Assembly: GCA_963702435.1 (NCBI GenBank)
Contig: CAVPCR010000001.1
Span: 1,440,001-1,504,000, forward strand
DNA: 64,000 nucleotides
Direction: 5' to 3'
Source: Candidatus Eiseniibacteriota bacterium
GTDB lineage: Bacteria > Eisenbacteria > RBG-16-71-46 > CAVPCR01
The position numbers and the translations under genes are program-made. Shown in pieces: positions 42,543-50,864 of this stretch (position 1 is the first letter of the stretch; every line of letters starts with the position of its first letter). A model generated the notes under the pieces. The model made no database searches and was not told where the DNA came from. It saw only the letters and a list, made by a program, of their open reading frames with translations.

Positions 42543-43889
42543 TCACTTGGGTGGTTTGTCAAGGTGAATCGTGGTTTGCCAGCCTGTTCTCTCGACTCTG
42601 GCTCCGCGAAACCTGGCACTCAGAGTCGGCAGCACAATCTGCACTGTGTCGGCCTGAGCTTCGACCTGTGGCTCGGCAGGGAGCCTCACGATCGTGACTC
42701 GCCTGACACCATTGAACAATGGGTGCGGTCCTACGCCCTCCGTGAGGACCGTGTCTCCCATCACTTCGAATGTGCCCACATCGTTGCCGAGCCTCAGAAA
42801 CCGCGTATGGAGAAGCCCCGCGTCAAGTCGGCGGACATTCATCGGATCGAATCCCTGAGGCCAGAGCGGCGCCGTCGGGTCTGCTTCGATAACAAGCCGC
42901 CACCCGGGCGCCGATATGATGCGCTGCTCCATCAAGGCTCGGGCGGCCCGCAAGTTCTCCACATCCTTCCGGGCGGCGTCCCGGGCCACCGCGCTGTCTG
43001 CAGCCGTGAACGCGCAGGCCGCAGACCTGTCGACGCGCTGAAGCGCGTCCTCGAGGTCGCTGTCGAGGTAGCGCCTGTTATCGTCGGCGAAGCCCTCACA
43101 CCATCCCGGGTGCAACCGGTCGAGCAGGAGCGCCCAGGCAACGCCCGTGGCATAGGCGCGGCGCCGAACTGCCTCCACAGGGAATCCGCCCGGTGGAAAC
43201 TCCGGCTCGTGACGACCAGCGGCTCGGAACTCCACGTATGTCGCCGTGCCCTCGAGCGTCTCGATGCCGCGCTCGTATGACCCGAAGCTCGGGTCCATTC
43301 TGCCGAACCGCAGGTGCCGGAGCTCAACGGCCTGTTCCGCCCAGCCCGCACCAACGGTGCTGTCCGGCGCAGCAAGGGCTCGCCGCAACGCTTCGGCCTC
43401 AAGCCGACTCAGCGCCAGGAGCTCAGCGTCATCAGTCGGGTAGACGAACAGCTGGGCCTCGTCGGGGCCCCACGTCCGGCCGGTCGTAAACTGGAAGACA
43501 TGGAAGCCCTCATGAACGACCTCCGCCGCGAGATCGCGAAGTGCGTCCTTGTCGATGGGTCCGTTCAGGAGAATTGTCGCTGTTCTGATGCCTCCTATCG
43601 AGGCCGAGGAGTTCGCGACCACAGCCGGATGGCGGCCCGCGAAAACCCGCATGTCCCCCTCATGAGCGAATCCACCAGGAGCGCCCGGATGACGGAAGAG
43701 GTACGTGTTCGTACCGTCGAACACAGCAAGCGGCACTTTAAGCGGATCATAGCCGGGCCAGAGCTCAGAGACGCCCGCGATCTGACGCACCTCGGCCTCG
43801 AGCGCAAGCACGCCAAGCGCCTTGCCGTCAGCGCTCCCGTAGAAGACTAGGCTCACTACGGCACTCGCAATAACAGTCACCCGTCGCAT
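42543..43889 (-). CDS. Cassette ORF, secreted HEXXH metallopeptidase-like protein
   Basis: GGAGAGGAG SD, signal peptide, VVHEGFHVFQ, E..EGTATYVE. Confidence 0.75.
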   Translation of the reverse strand: MRRVTVIASAVVSLVFYGSADGKALGVLALEAEVRQIAGVSELWPGYDPLKVPLAVFDGTNTYLFRHPGAPGGFAHEGDMRVFAGRHPAVVANSSASIGGIRTATILLNGPIDKDALRDLAAEVVHEGFHVFQFTTGRTWGPDEAQLFVYPTDDAELLALSRLEAEALRRALAAPDSTVGAGWAEQAVELRHLRFGRMDPSFGSYERGIETLEGTATYVEFRAAGRHEPEFPPGGFPVEAVRRRAYATGVAWALLLDRLHPGWCEGFADDNRRYLDSDLEDALQRVDRSAACAFTAADSAVARDAARKDVENLRAARALMEQRIISAPGWRLVIEADPTAPLWPQGFDPMNVRRLDAGLLHTRFLRLGNDVGTFEVMGDTVLTEGVGPHPLFNGVRRVTIVRLPAEPQVEAQADTVQIVLPTLSARFRGARVERTGWQTTIHLDKPPK

Positions 43890-43912
43890 CAAGCTCCTCT
43901 CCGAGCCGGACA

Positions 43913-43976
43913 GCATAACGCCGCCGTTCACCTGCGGCGAGCGAAGCGAGCCGGCAGGTGCAACGGCCTGTTAGCC
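43913..43976 (-). other. attC site (TA cassette copy 2)
   Basis: GCATAAC...GTTCACCTG..CAGGTGCAAC...GTTAGCC. Confidence 0.9.
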
Positions 43977-44025
43977 CCGAGCTGACACGGCCAGACTCCG
44001 CATCGCCTCCGCGCGAGTGCTCGAG

Positions 44026-44316
44026 CTACAAACCATGGCGAAACAGCCTCGCGCCATGAAAGACGGTCACGATCTCCACCGCCCGTGGCGACAAACGATA
44101 GACGATGCGGTAGTTCCGCCAAAGAACCTCGCGAAGGGTTGGTTCTCCGAACTCCGGGACGATACGCCCGGACTCGGGAAAACTCCGGAGACGCTCAACT
44201 GCATCGACGATGTGCCGGGCTACGAGAGCGCCAAAGTGCGGCGAGTCCCGACTGATGTAATCGCGGATCGACTCGACGTCCGCGATGGCCTGGGGGGACC
44301 GAACGATCTCAATCAC
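44026..44316 (-). CDS. RelE/ParE family toxin (copy 2)
   Basis: Near-identical to 39385-39675 (offset 4641 bp). Confidence 0.88.
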   Translation of the reverse strand: MIEIVRSPQAIADVESIRDYISRDSPHFGALVARHIVDAVERLRSFPESGRIVPEFGEPTLREVLWRNYRIVYRLSPRAVEIVTVFHGARLFRHGL

Positions 44317-44485
44317 CGACGATGCGCCTCTTGGCCTCCTCGTGAGAGATGGCCTGACCGCTATCGAGCTCGCCAAGACCCTTCTGTACCTTGGCGATGA
44401 AGCAAAGTCGTTCGATCGCATCCTCGATGGTCGCATCATCCGGAAGCTGCTGAACCGCCTGAACAACTCGTTGTTTGTCAGTCAT
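44309..44485 (-). CDS. 58-aa antitoxin (copy 2)
   Basis: Identical by eye to 39668-39844. Confidence 0.85.
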   Translation of the reverse strand: MTDKQRVVQAVQQLPDDATIEDAIERLCFIAKVQKGLGELDSGQAISHEEAKRRIVGD

Positions 44486-44573
44486 CTGACCGAACCTCCA
44501 AGTGACCTGTCCTGCGAGCGTACGCGAACGCCGCGCGTGTCTACAACGACGTCTCCAGTCCGCCGGCTGATGG

Positions 44574-44674
44574 GGCTAACGAGGGCCTCAGCTGCGGCGG
44601 GCGGCCGCGCACGGCGCTCCTTCGCTACCCTCACCTTCGCGCCGGCCGCCGCCAGCTGCAGGCCCAGGTTCTGC
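44574..44674 (-). other. attC site of gene-less cassette C1
   Basis: GGCTAAC...GGCCTCAGCTG..CAGCTGCAGGCC...GTTCTGC. Confidence 0.9.
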
Positions 44675-44876
44675 GGCCGCCTCGATGGTGCCCCATGGCG
44701 GCGGTGCCGGCCCTCTTCAGCTCGGCGGTTCGGTCCCGACTCGTCAGCTTCTTCCTACCCCCTCACCACCGGGGGCCGGCGCCGCGCCGCGCGGAGTCCG
44801 CACAACACGACCATTCCCCTCTTCGCCCGATCTTCCTTCTCCCTACACGTCCTCGGCGCTCCATCGGACCACAGAA
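44580..44876 (-). mobile_element. Gene-less cassette C1 (297 bp)
   Basis: Two substitutions seen relative to C2/C3; ACAGAAC start core. Confidence 0.85.
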
Positions 44877-45824
44877 CGAGGGCCTCAGCTGCGGCGGGCG
44901 GCTGCACCCGGCGCGGCCTCATCGTCCCTACTCCGTGCCGGCCGCCGCCAGCTGCAGGCCGCTGTTCTGTGGCTGGCGGCGGCGTCCCTGCTCGTGGCGG
45001 CGGTGCCGGCCCTCTTCACCGCCGTGGGTCGGCCCCCAGCGCCTCAGCCTCTTCTGGCCACCGTGACCACCCGGGGCCGGCGCCGCGCCGCTGCCAACTT
45101 CCCCCGCCGCCCAAACCACGATCCAGGTGTCGCTCGAGCCAGATCACATAACCTGATCCGCCATCTGCTCAGCGACACGTCAGCACACAGAACGAGGGCC
45201 TCAGCTGCGGCGGGCGGCTGCACCCGGCGCGGCCTCATCGTCCCTACTCCGTGCCGGCCGCCGCCAGCTGCAGGCCGCTGTTCTGTGGCTGGCGGCGGCG
45301 TCCCTGCTCGTGGCGGCGGTGCCGGCCCTCTTCACCGCCGTGGGTCGGCCCCCAGCGCCTCAGCCTCTTCTGGCCACCGTGACCACCCGGGGCCGGCGCC
45401 GCGCCGCTGCCAACTTCCCCCGCCGCCCAAACCACGATCCAGGTGTCGCTCGAGCCAGATCACATAACCTGATCCGCCATCTGCTCAGCGACACGTCAGC
45501 ACACAGAACGAGGGCCTCAGCTGCGGCGGGCGGCTGCACCCGGCGCGGCCTCATCGTCCCTACTCCGTGCCGGCCGCCGCCAGCTGCAGGCCGCTGTTCT
45601 GTGGCTGGCGGCGGCGTCCCTGCTCGTGGCGGCGGTGCCGGCCCTCTTCACCGCCGTGGGTCGGCCCCCAGCGCCTCAGCCTCTTCTGGCCACCGTGACC
45701 ACCCGGGGCCGGCGCCGCGCCGCTGCCAACTTCCCCCGCCGCCCAAACCACGATCCAGGTGTCGCTCGAGCCAGATCACATAACCTGATCCGCCATCTGC
45801 TCAGCGACACGTCAGCACACAGAA
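44877..45824 (-). repeat. Three tandem copies of gene-less cassette B (316-bp period); attC at 44871-44970, 45187-45286, 45503-45602
   Basis: ACAGAAC cores at 44871, 45187, 45503, 45819; units identical by eye; matching GTTCTGT cores. Confidence 0.92.
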
Positions 45825-45915
45825 CGCTTGCCTCAGCCGCGGCGGGCGCTCATCGCGGCCCCGTTCTCACCTCTTGCCCGCGCCGCCCGCCGGCGGCTGC
45901 AGGCGAGTGTTCTGC
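45819..45915 (-). other. attC site of gene-less cassette A2
   Basis: ACAGAAC...GCCTCAGCCG..CGGCTGCAGGC...GTTCTGC. Confidence 0.9.
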
Positions 45916-46135
45916 GGCTGCCTCGGCGCCCCCGCTCGTGGCGTCGGTGCCGGCCGTCCCTAGCGCGGCGCCCCGGCCCTCATCACCGACGCCTCTTCCA
46001 GACTCCCTGCCTCCTGCGGCCGGCGCCGCGCCGCAACCAACTTCCCCTCCCGACCAAACATCGATCCAGACCACGCTCGCACCAGATCACATAGCCTGAT
46101 CCGCTCTGTGCTTCCAGCCCCGTCAGCGCGCAGAA
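45825..46135 (-). mobile_element. Gene-less cassette A2 (311 bp)
   Basis: Diverged homologue of A1 and A3. Confidence 0.85.
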
Positions 46136-46226
46136 CGCTCCGCTTCACCCGCGGCCCGCGGCGATTCTAGCCCGAACTCGGCTGAGCACCAGAGCGCGGG
46201 CCGCCGGGTGCAAGCGGATGTTATGC
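46130..46226 (-). other. attC site
   Basis: GCAGAAC...CGCTTCACCCG..CGGGTGCAAGCG...GTTATGC. Confidence 0.9.
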
Positions 46227-46806
46227 GTCCGGATCGCGGCGGACCCAACCGCCGTGAATGTCCAGGTTCGCCTGGCCGACGTCGAACGCCGCGGGGTCGG
46301 CTGGTTTGCCAACCCATTCCAGCATCTCTCGGTGTTCCGGATGCTTCGGATTCCCGATGACCTCACGATAGTGCGCGTAGCCGTGGATGCCTCCGACGTC
46401 CTCCGGAGGGCACGCCCGCCTTCCGGCCTCGACGATGGGATACCGTCCGTCATTCCCTGGCGGGAGAAGCGCTTCGAGAATCACCTCGTGCTCCCAGCCA
46501 TCACCGAAGTCATACTCATATCTCAGAACGATCCTTCGGCCGACGGAGTAGCTGGTCAAGGGTCGTCGTCTTCTCACTCAGCCGTATCAAACCAAGCTCG
46601 CGATCTGAGGTTCCGTAGAGCACACCTCCAGCCTCGAATTGGTGCAGGTGACTATCCGTCCAGCCCATGACCGCCTGCAACGAATCGTGCAACCGCTTCA
46701 AGGTGATGCCACCGGGTACGAGGAACCGCCGCCAGATCGGCGGCCGTGATCCTCGCAATGTCACCTTGAGCCTGTAGATCGGCCCACCCGTTTCGCGAAT
46801 CCTCAC
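46221..46806 (-). pseudogene. Plasmid pRiA4b ORF-3 family protein with a +1 frameshift at ~46528
   Basis: LKVTLRGSRPPIWRR...LH..LQ.VMGW.DSHLHQF, then YEYDFGDGWEH...RACPPEDVGG in the next frame. Confidence 0.8.
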
Positions 46807-46823
46807 CTGAGTCTCCTCTGTAC

Positions 46824-46924
46824 GCATAACGAGGGCCTCAGCTGCGGCGGGCGGCCGCGCACGGCGCTCCTTCGCTACCCTCACCTTCGCGCCGGCCGCC
46901 GCCAGCTGCAGGCCCAGGTTCTGC
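46824..46924 (-). other. attC site of gene-less cassette C2
   Basis: GCATAAC...GTTCTGC; body identical to the 44574 site. Confidence 0.9.
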
Positions 46925-47126
46925 GGCCGCCTCGATGATGCCCCATGGCGGCGGTGCCGGCCCTCTTCAGCTCGGCGGTTCGGTCCCCACTCGTCAGCTT
47001 CTTCCTACCCCCTCACCACCGGGGGCCGGCGCCGCGCCGCGCGGAGTCCGCACAACACGACCATTCCCCTCTTCGCCCGATCTTCCTTCTCCCTACACGT
47101 CCTCGGCGCTCCATCGGACCACAGAA
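46830..47126 (-). mobile_element. Gene-less cassette C2 (297 bp)
   Basis: Identical by eye to C3. Confidence 0.85.
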
Positions 47127-47216
47127 CGCTCCGCGTAACCGGCCGCCGGCGCGCGAAGCGCGACGGGTACCCACCAGCAACGCTGGTGGGCGGTCCGGTT
47201 CACGCGGAGGTTAGGT
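47121..47216 (-). other. attC site
   Basis: ACAGAAC...CCGCGTAACCGG..CCGGTTCACGCGG...GTTAGGT. Confidence 0.88.
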
Positions 47217-47234
47217 CTCACTGCAGCTCGCCGG

Positions 47235-47645
47235 TTACTTGGCCCGCATGCGGTTGTTCTTGGCGTGGTGCTCCAGCTCGCAGAGCCCTAGCTCCTCCAT
47301 CAGTGGCGGGACGTAGACACCGAACCTCCCCCGAAGCCCTTTCTTTAGCCCGTACCATCCGCCCACTGGATTGCTAGACGACCTTCCCCAAGCCTCCACT
47401 GTTCCTTCCTTCGCTGGCTTCTGCTCATCCGCACCGCCAAGCTCGACCCAATCGCCTGCCTTCTTGAGCATCGCGTGGAGGTCATCGACGCACCGAGCGT
47501 CGTAGTGCAGAACCGTGCTGCCAACCGTGCACACCAGGATCTTCTTCCCGTCTTTCTCGTCGACGTGCATCGTGAACTCAGAAGTCCCCGGCGGGGTCTT
47601 CAACTTCCACGGGTTGTCTCTTGTTCGATTCAGAGCTGTCCCCAC
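47235..47645 (-). CDS. Cassette ORF, conserved hypothetical (DUF6855-like)
   Basis: AAAGGAG SD with GTG; PWKLKTPPGTSE ... NPVGGWYGLKKGLRGRFG ... NNRMRA; family assignment from memory. Confidence 0.75.
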   Translation of the reverse strand: MGTALNRTRDNPWKLKTPPGTSEFTMHVDEKDGKKILVCTVGSTVLHYDARCVDDLHAMLKKAGDWVELGGADEQKPAKEGTVEAWGRSSSNPVGGWYGLKKGLRGRFGVYVPPLMEELGLCELEHHAKNNRMRAK

Positions 47646-47692
47646 GGTGCTCCTTTCGCTGTGCCGCACCTGCGCACGTGGTTCGTCGTGAG

Positions 47693-47752
47693 GCCTAACG
47701 TTCCGGTTCAGCGGCGGCGCGGAGAGCCGTCCGCTGCAACCGGTTGTTCGGC
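47693..47752 (-). other. attC site
   Basis: GCCTAAC...CCGGTTCAGCGG..CCGCTGCAACCGG...GTTCGGC. Confidence 0.92.
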
Positions 47753-47765
47753 AGCCCCTCTCCGC

Positions 47766-48644
47766 TCATTCCGCGCCAAGTCCAATCAAGAGAAAAGCCC
47801 AGATGGTGATTCCGAACACTAGGCATACAACGTGTCCCGATGACCAGCGGTAGTAGGCCACGCCGGGACTCCGCCGCTGGCTCACGGTATTGATGTAGTT
47901 CTGTATGGGCACAAGACACAGAAAGGATGGGATGAAGGCCGACACGATGCTAGCAGCAATGCTGGGCGCGCGACCGACTATGTTCGCAAGAATCAGCAGA
48001 ACCACCCACCCCGTGGCCAGTGCCCCGGGAGAAAAGGAAGGCACCATGACACAACGGGCCTCCTTATCTTCATGGATGCGACGGAGGAGGCTGTGACAGA
48101 AGAAGACCCCAAAGAAGCCTCGCCAGAACGGTCGGATATTGAGCCCCTCTCGCTCCTTTATGTATCTCCAGTTCCTGTATATCCAATACGCTTCGTAGAG
48201 ACTGAAGGACACAATGGACATGACAATCAGTCTGGCCACCGAAATATGCAGGAACAACGGGGTGGCCTGCGCGACGGCATGTGACGAGGTGGATCCTTCG
48301 CCTGTTTCTGCTTGGTCGGTCACCGTCTCAACTCCTTGGCGATGGGGATGTGGATTTGCTACAGCGAAGAGGAATGGGATGAGCATGCAGTCGCCCACGA
48401 GGCTGATGATGTTCAGTGGAAGCCCGTACAGGTCATAGAATCGGGAAATGTCGAAGTCCAGGGTGTCAAACTTGAGCAGTAGGCGTGGAAGTCGCCATGC
48501 AAGGCTAGCTGCCAGACCGATTCCCAGGTAGGCAACAAGCCATGGCTTACCAGGGAAACCCCTGTGAGTTGCCGCTAGCACTATGAGGATGATGGTTACC
48601 AGAGGGAAGCCCCAGCCGATGATCTCCTGGACCGTTTCCTTCAT
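47766..48644 (-). CDS. Cassette ORF, polytopic membrane protein
   Basis: AGGAG SD; about 7 TM segments; SFSLYEAYWIYRNW...PFWR.FF motif. Confidence 0.8.
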   Translation of the reverse strand: MKETVQEIIGWGFPLVTIILIVLAATHRGFPGKPWLVAYLGIGLAASLAWRLPRLLLKFDTLDFDISRFYDLYGLPLNIISLVGDCMLIPFLFAVANPHPHRQGVETVTDQAETGEGSTSSHAVAQATPLFLHISVARLIVMSIVSFSLYEAYWIYRNWRYIKEREGLNIRPFWRGFFGVFFCHSLLRRIHEDKEARCVMVPSFSPGALATGWVVLLILANIVGRAPSIAASIVSAFIPSFLCLVPIQNYINTVSQRRSPGVAYYRWSSGHVVCLVFGITIWAFLLIGLGAE

Positions 48645-48679
48645 GCTTTGCTCCTATCGGGCTGAACCAGAGCTCGTCT

Positions 48680-48775
48680 GCCGAACGCTTGCCTCAGCCG
48701 CGGCGGGCGTCACCGCGGCCTCGTTCTCACCTCTTCCCAGCGCCGCCCGCCGTCGGCTGCAGGCGAGTGTTCTGA
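48680..48775 (-). other. attC site of gene-less cassette A3
   Basis: GCCGAAC...GTTCTGA; core covaries with the cassette start TCAGAAC. Confidence 0.9.
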
Positions 48776-48995
48776 GGCTGGCTCGCCGTCCCTGCTCATG
48801 GCGGCGGTGCCGGCCGTCCCCAGCGCCGCGCCCCGGCCCTCATCACCGACGCCTCTTCCAGACTCCCTGCCACCTGCGGCCGGCGCCGCGCCGCAACCAA
48901 CTTCCCCTCGTGACCAATCATCGATCCAGACCACGCTCGCACCAGGCCGCATGACCTGATCCGCCCCCTGCTTCCAGCCCCGTCAGCGCTCAGAA
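48686..48995 (-). mobile_element. Gene-less cassette A3 (310 bp), array position 2
   Basis: Homologue of A1 and A2. Confidence 0.85.
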
Positions 48996-49090
48996 CGAGG
49001 GCCTCAGCTGCGGCGGGCGGCCGCGCACGGCGCTCCTTCGCTACCCTCACCTTCGCGCCGGCCGCCGCCAGCTGCAGGCCCAGGTTCTGC
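48990..49090 (-). other. attC site of gene-less cassette C3
   Basis: TCAGAAC...GTTCTGC. Confidence 0.9.
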
Positions 49091-49292
49091 GGCCGCCTCG
49101 ATGATGCCCCATGGCGGCGGTGCCGGCCCTCTTCAGCTCGGCGGTTCGGTCCCCACTCGTCAGCTTCTTCCTACCCCCTCACCACCGGGGGCCGGCGCCG
49201 CGCCGCGCGGAGTCCGCACAACACGACCATTCCCCTCTTCGCCCGATCTTCCTTCTCCCTACACGTCCTCGGCGCTCCATCGGACCACAGAA
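48996..49292 (-). mobile_element. Gene-less cassette C3 (297 bp), array position 1
   Basis: Homology to C1/C2 stops exactly at the G|TT junction at 49293. Confidence 0.85.
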
Positions 49293-49330
49293 CGCTTAGT
49301 ATCTGGCTTGGACAGCCCGCCAAGAGCTGC
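49287..49330 (-). other. Putative attI site (crossover G|TT at 49293/49292)
   Basis: Minus strand CCAAGCCAGATACTAAGCG|TTCTGT; the last GTT core before intI, with no attC palindrome upstream. Confidence 0.75.
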
Positions 49331-49467
49331 GGGACGCTGGCGTCCATCCGGGCCGTGAGCACCCGGCCGCGGACCTGGCCGCTCATCGCGGCGCCGTCTC
49401 CGCTCCCGCCTCGCCGTCGACCTGGTCCACGGATCGCGACCTGGATCGACTGCAAGGGACCGCGACG

Positions 49468-49516
49468 TATCCGGATAATGGTCGCCCCTCTCCACCTTCG
49501 CTGTCTATCAGGATAA
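49468..49516. promoter_or_regulatory. Pair of TATC(C/A)GGATAA quasi-palindromes between intI and attI
   Basis: TATCCGGATAA 49468-49478 and TATCAGGATAA 49506-49516, 38-bp period, AT-rich in a GC-rich background. Confidence 0.45.
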
Positions 49517-49611
49517 CGAGAGCTTTCGTGGACTCCCACGGGATCCCATGGGCCCGGTGCCCGAAGAACTGCTGCAGACTGCGCGCGACTCGCGCCTCAA
49601 GCGCCCCCCCC

Positions 49612-50697
49612 TCAATCCAGCGGGCTCCGCACGCCCCGCCCACCCCGGTTGAGCACATGGGTGTAGATCATCGTTGTTGCCACGTCCCGGTGCCCGAGGA
49701 GTTCCTGGATCGTCCGGATGTCGTAGCCGGCCGCGAGCAGGCAAGTCGCGAACGAGTGACGTAGCGCGTGACAGCTCGCCGGCTTGGGAATCCCCGCCCT
49801 CCGCACGGCTTCCTTGACTGCCCGCTGCAGCACCGATTCATGGAGATGGTGGCGGCGATACTCGCCCGTGTCCCGGTCCCGATACGGCCGGCTCGCCGGA
49901 AAGACCCACTGCCACGCCCATTCGCGAGCCGCGGCCGGATACTTGGTCGCGAGCGCGTCGGGCAGCTCGACGCTTCCCATCCCCTCCCGCAGGTCCGTGA
50001 CGTGCCGTGCGCGCATCCGATCCAGGTGCGCAGCGAGCGGACCCCGCACCAAGCCGGGCAGCATCGTGACGCGGTCCTTTCGCCCTTTCCCGTCACGAAC
50101 GAGGATCTCCTGCCGCGCGAAATCGACATCCTTGACCCGGAGCCGGCAGCACTCCATGAGCCTGAGACCTGCTCCATAGAGAAGAGAGGCCATGATCCAC
50201 GGCGTTCCCTGCAGATGGGAGAGGATCGCCAGCACCTCCTCGCGCGTGAGCACGACGGGCAAGCGAACCGGCCGGCGCGGGCGGACGACTCCGTCCATCC
50301 AGGCGAGATCCCGCCCGAGCACCTCGCGATAGAGAAACAGGATCGCGCTCAGCGCCTGGTTCTGGGTCGAGGCGCTCACGCGGCGGCGCGTCGCCAGGTC
50401 GGCGAGGAAGGCGCGGATCTCGGCCTCGCCCATCTCGTCAGGGTGCCGCTTCTGGTGAAAGAAGATGTAACGCTTGATCCACCCGACGTATGCCTTCTCC
50501 GTGCGGGGGCTGTAATGTCGGGCCCGGATGGCGATGCGCACCCGATCGAGGAGCCTGGGCTGGCGCCCTGGCGCGCCACCCGGTGCGGGCGCGGACCCTA
50601 TCTCGGCAACCTGCGCCGCTCCGCCCGCGCATCGTCCTTCCGGCCGGGGCGGGGACGGCGCCGGCAGCATGGACCTGAGGGACCCCGTGGATCTCAT
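49612..50697 (-). CDS. intI: Integron integrase
   Basis: [38 protein letters not shown], IntI-specific insertion ([19 protein letters not shown]), [30 protein letters not shown] before ATG 50697. Confidence 0.97.
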   Translation of the reverse strand: MRSTGSLRSMLPAPSPPRPEGRCAGGAAQVAEIGSAPAPGGAPGRQPRLLDRVRIAIRARHYSPRTEKAYVGWIKRYIFFHQKRHPDEMGEAEIRAFLADLATRRRVSASTQNQALSAILFLYREVLGRDLAWMDGVVRPRRPVRLPVVLTREEVLAILSHLQGTPWIMASLLYGAGLRLMECCRLRVKDVDFARQEILVRDGKGRKDRVTMLPGLVRGPLAAHLDRMRARHVTDLREGMGSVELPDALATKYPAAAREWAWQWVFPASRPYRDRDTGEYRRHHLHESVLQRAVKEAVRRAGIPKPASCHALRHSFATCLLAAGYDIRTIQELLGHRDVATTMIYTHVLNRGGRGVRSPLD

Positions 50698-50775
50698 GGC
50701 AGCACTCCTCGGGGTCCATGTCGTTCGACCGCGCTTCGCCCCGTCACCGGCGCCTTGCGCACCGGCTACCGGGCA

Positions 50776-50787
50776 GCTACCGCCCCT
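50776..50787 (-). promoter_or_regulatory. ops/JUMPstart-like element AGGGGCGGTAGC
   Basis: Exact ops core GGCGGTAG (50777-50784) on the non-template strand, ~80 nt upstream of the intI start and just downstream of a NusG paralogue; a second CGGTAGC lies 11 nt downstream. Confidence 0.6.
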
Positions 50788-50864
50788 CGCCCTTCCCTGC
50801 CTCGCGGGGCGCTGGCCACACCGGGTGAGCCGCGGCGAGCGGCGGCCCAGGCCGGCGGTACCGC

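Noticed and set aside
44685..46148. ORF-track proteins of 60-260 aa across the gene-less cassettes
   Set aside because: They cross attC sites, lack consistent starts and stops between homologous copies, and A1 has a 1-nt indel relative to A2/A3.
44574..46226. Regularly spaced repeats resembling a CRISPR array
   Set aside because: Repeats are ~100-bp attC palindromes with ~200-bp bodies that are themselves repeated; no cas genes in the window.
48799..48894. Internal stem of the gene-less cassettes as a nested attC
   Set aside because: No flanking RYYYAAC/GTTRRRY cores at the proper spacing on either strand.
49295..49323. Pc-like promoter TTGGCG-N16-TACTAA overlapping attI
   Set aside because: Poor -10 match, and it overlaps the presumed integrase-binding site; unsupported without TSS data.
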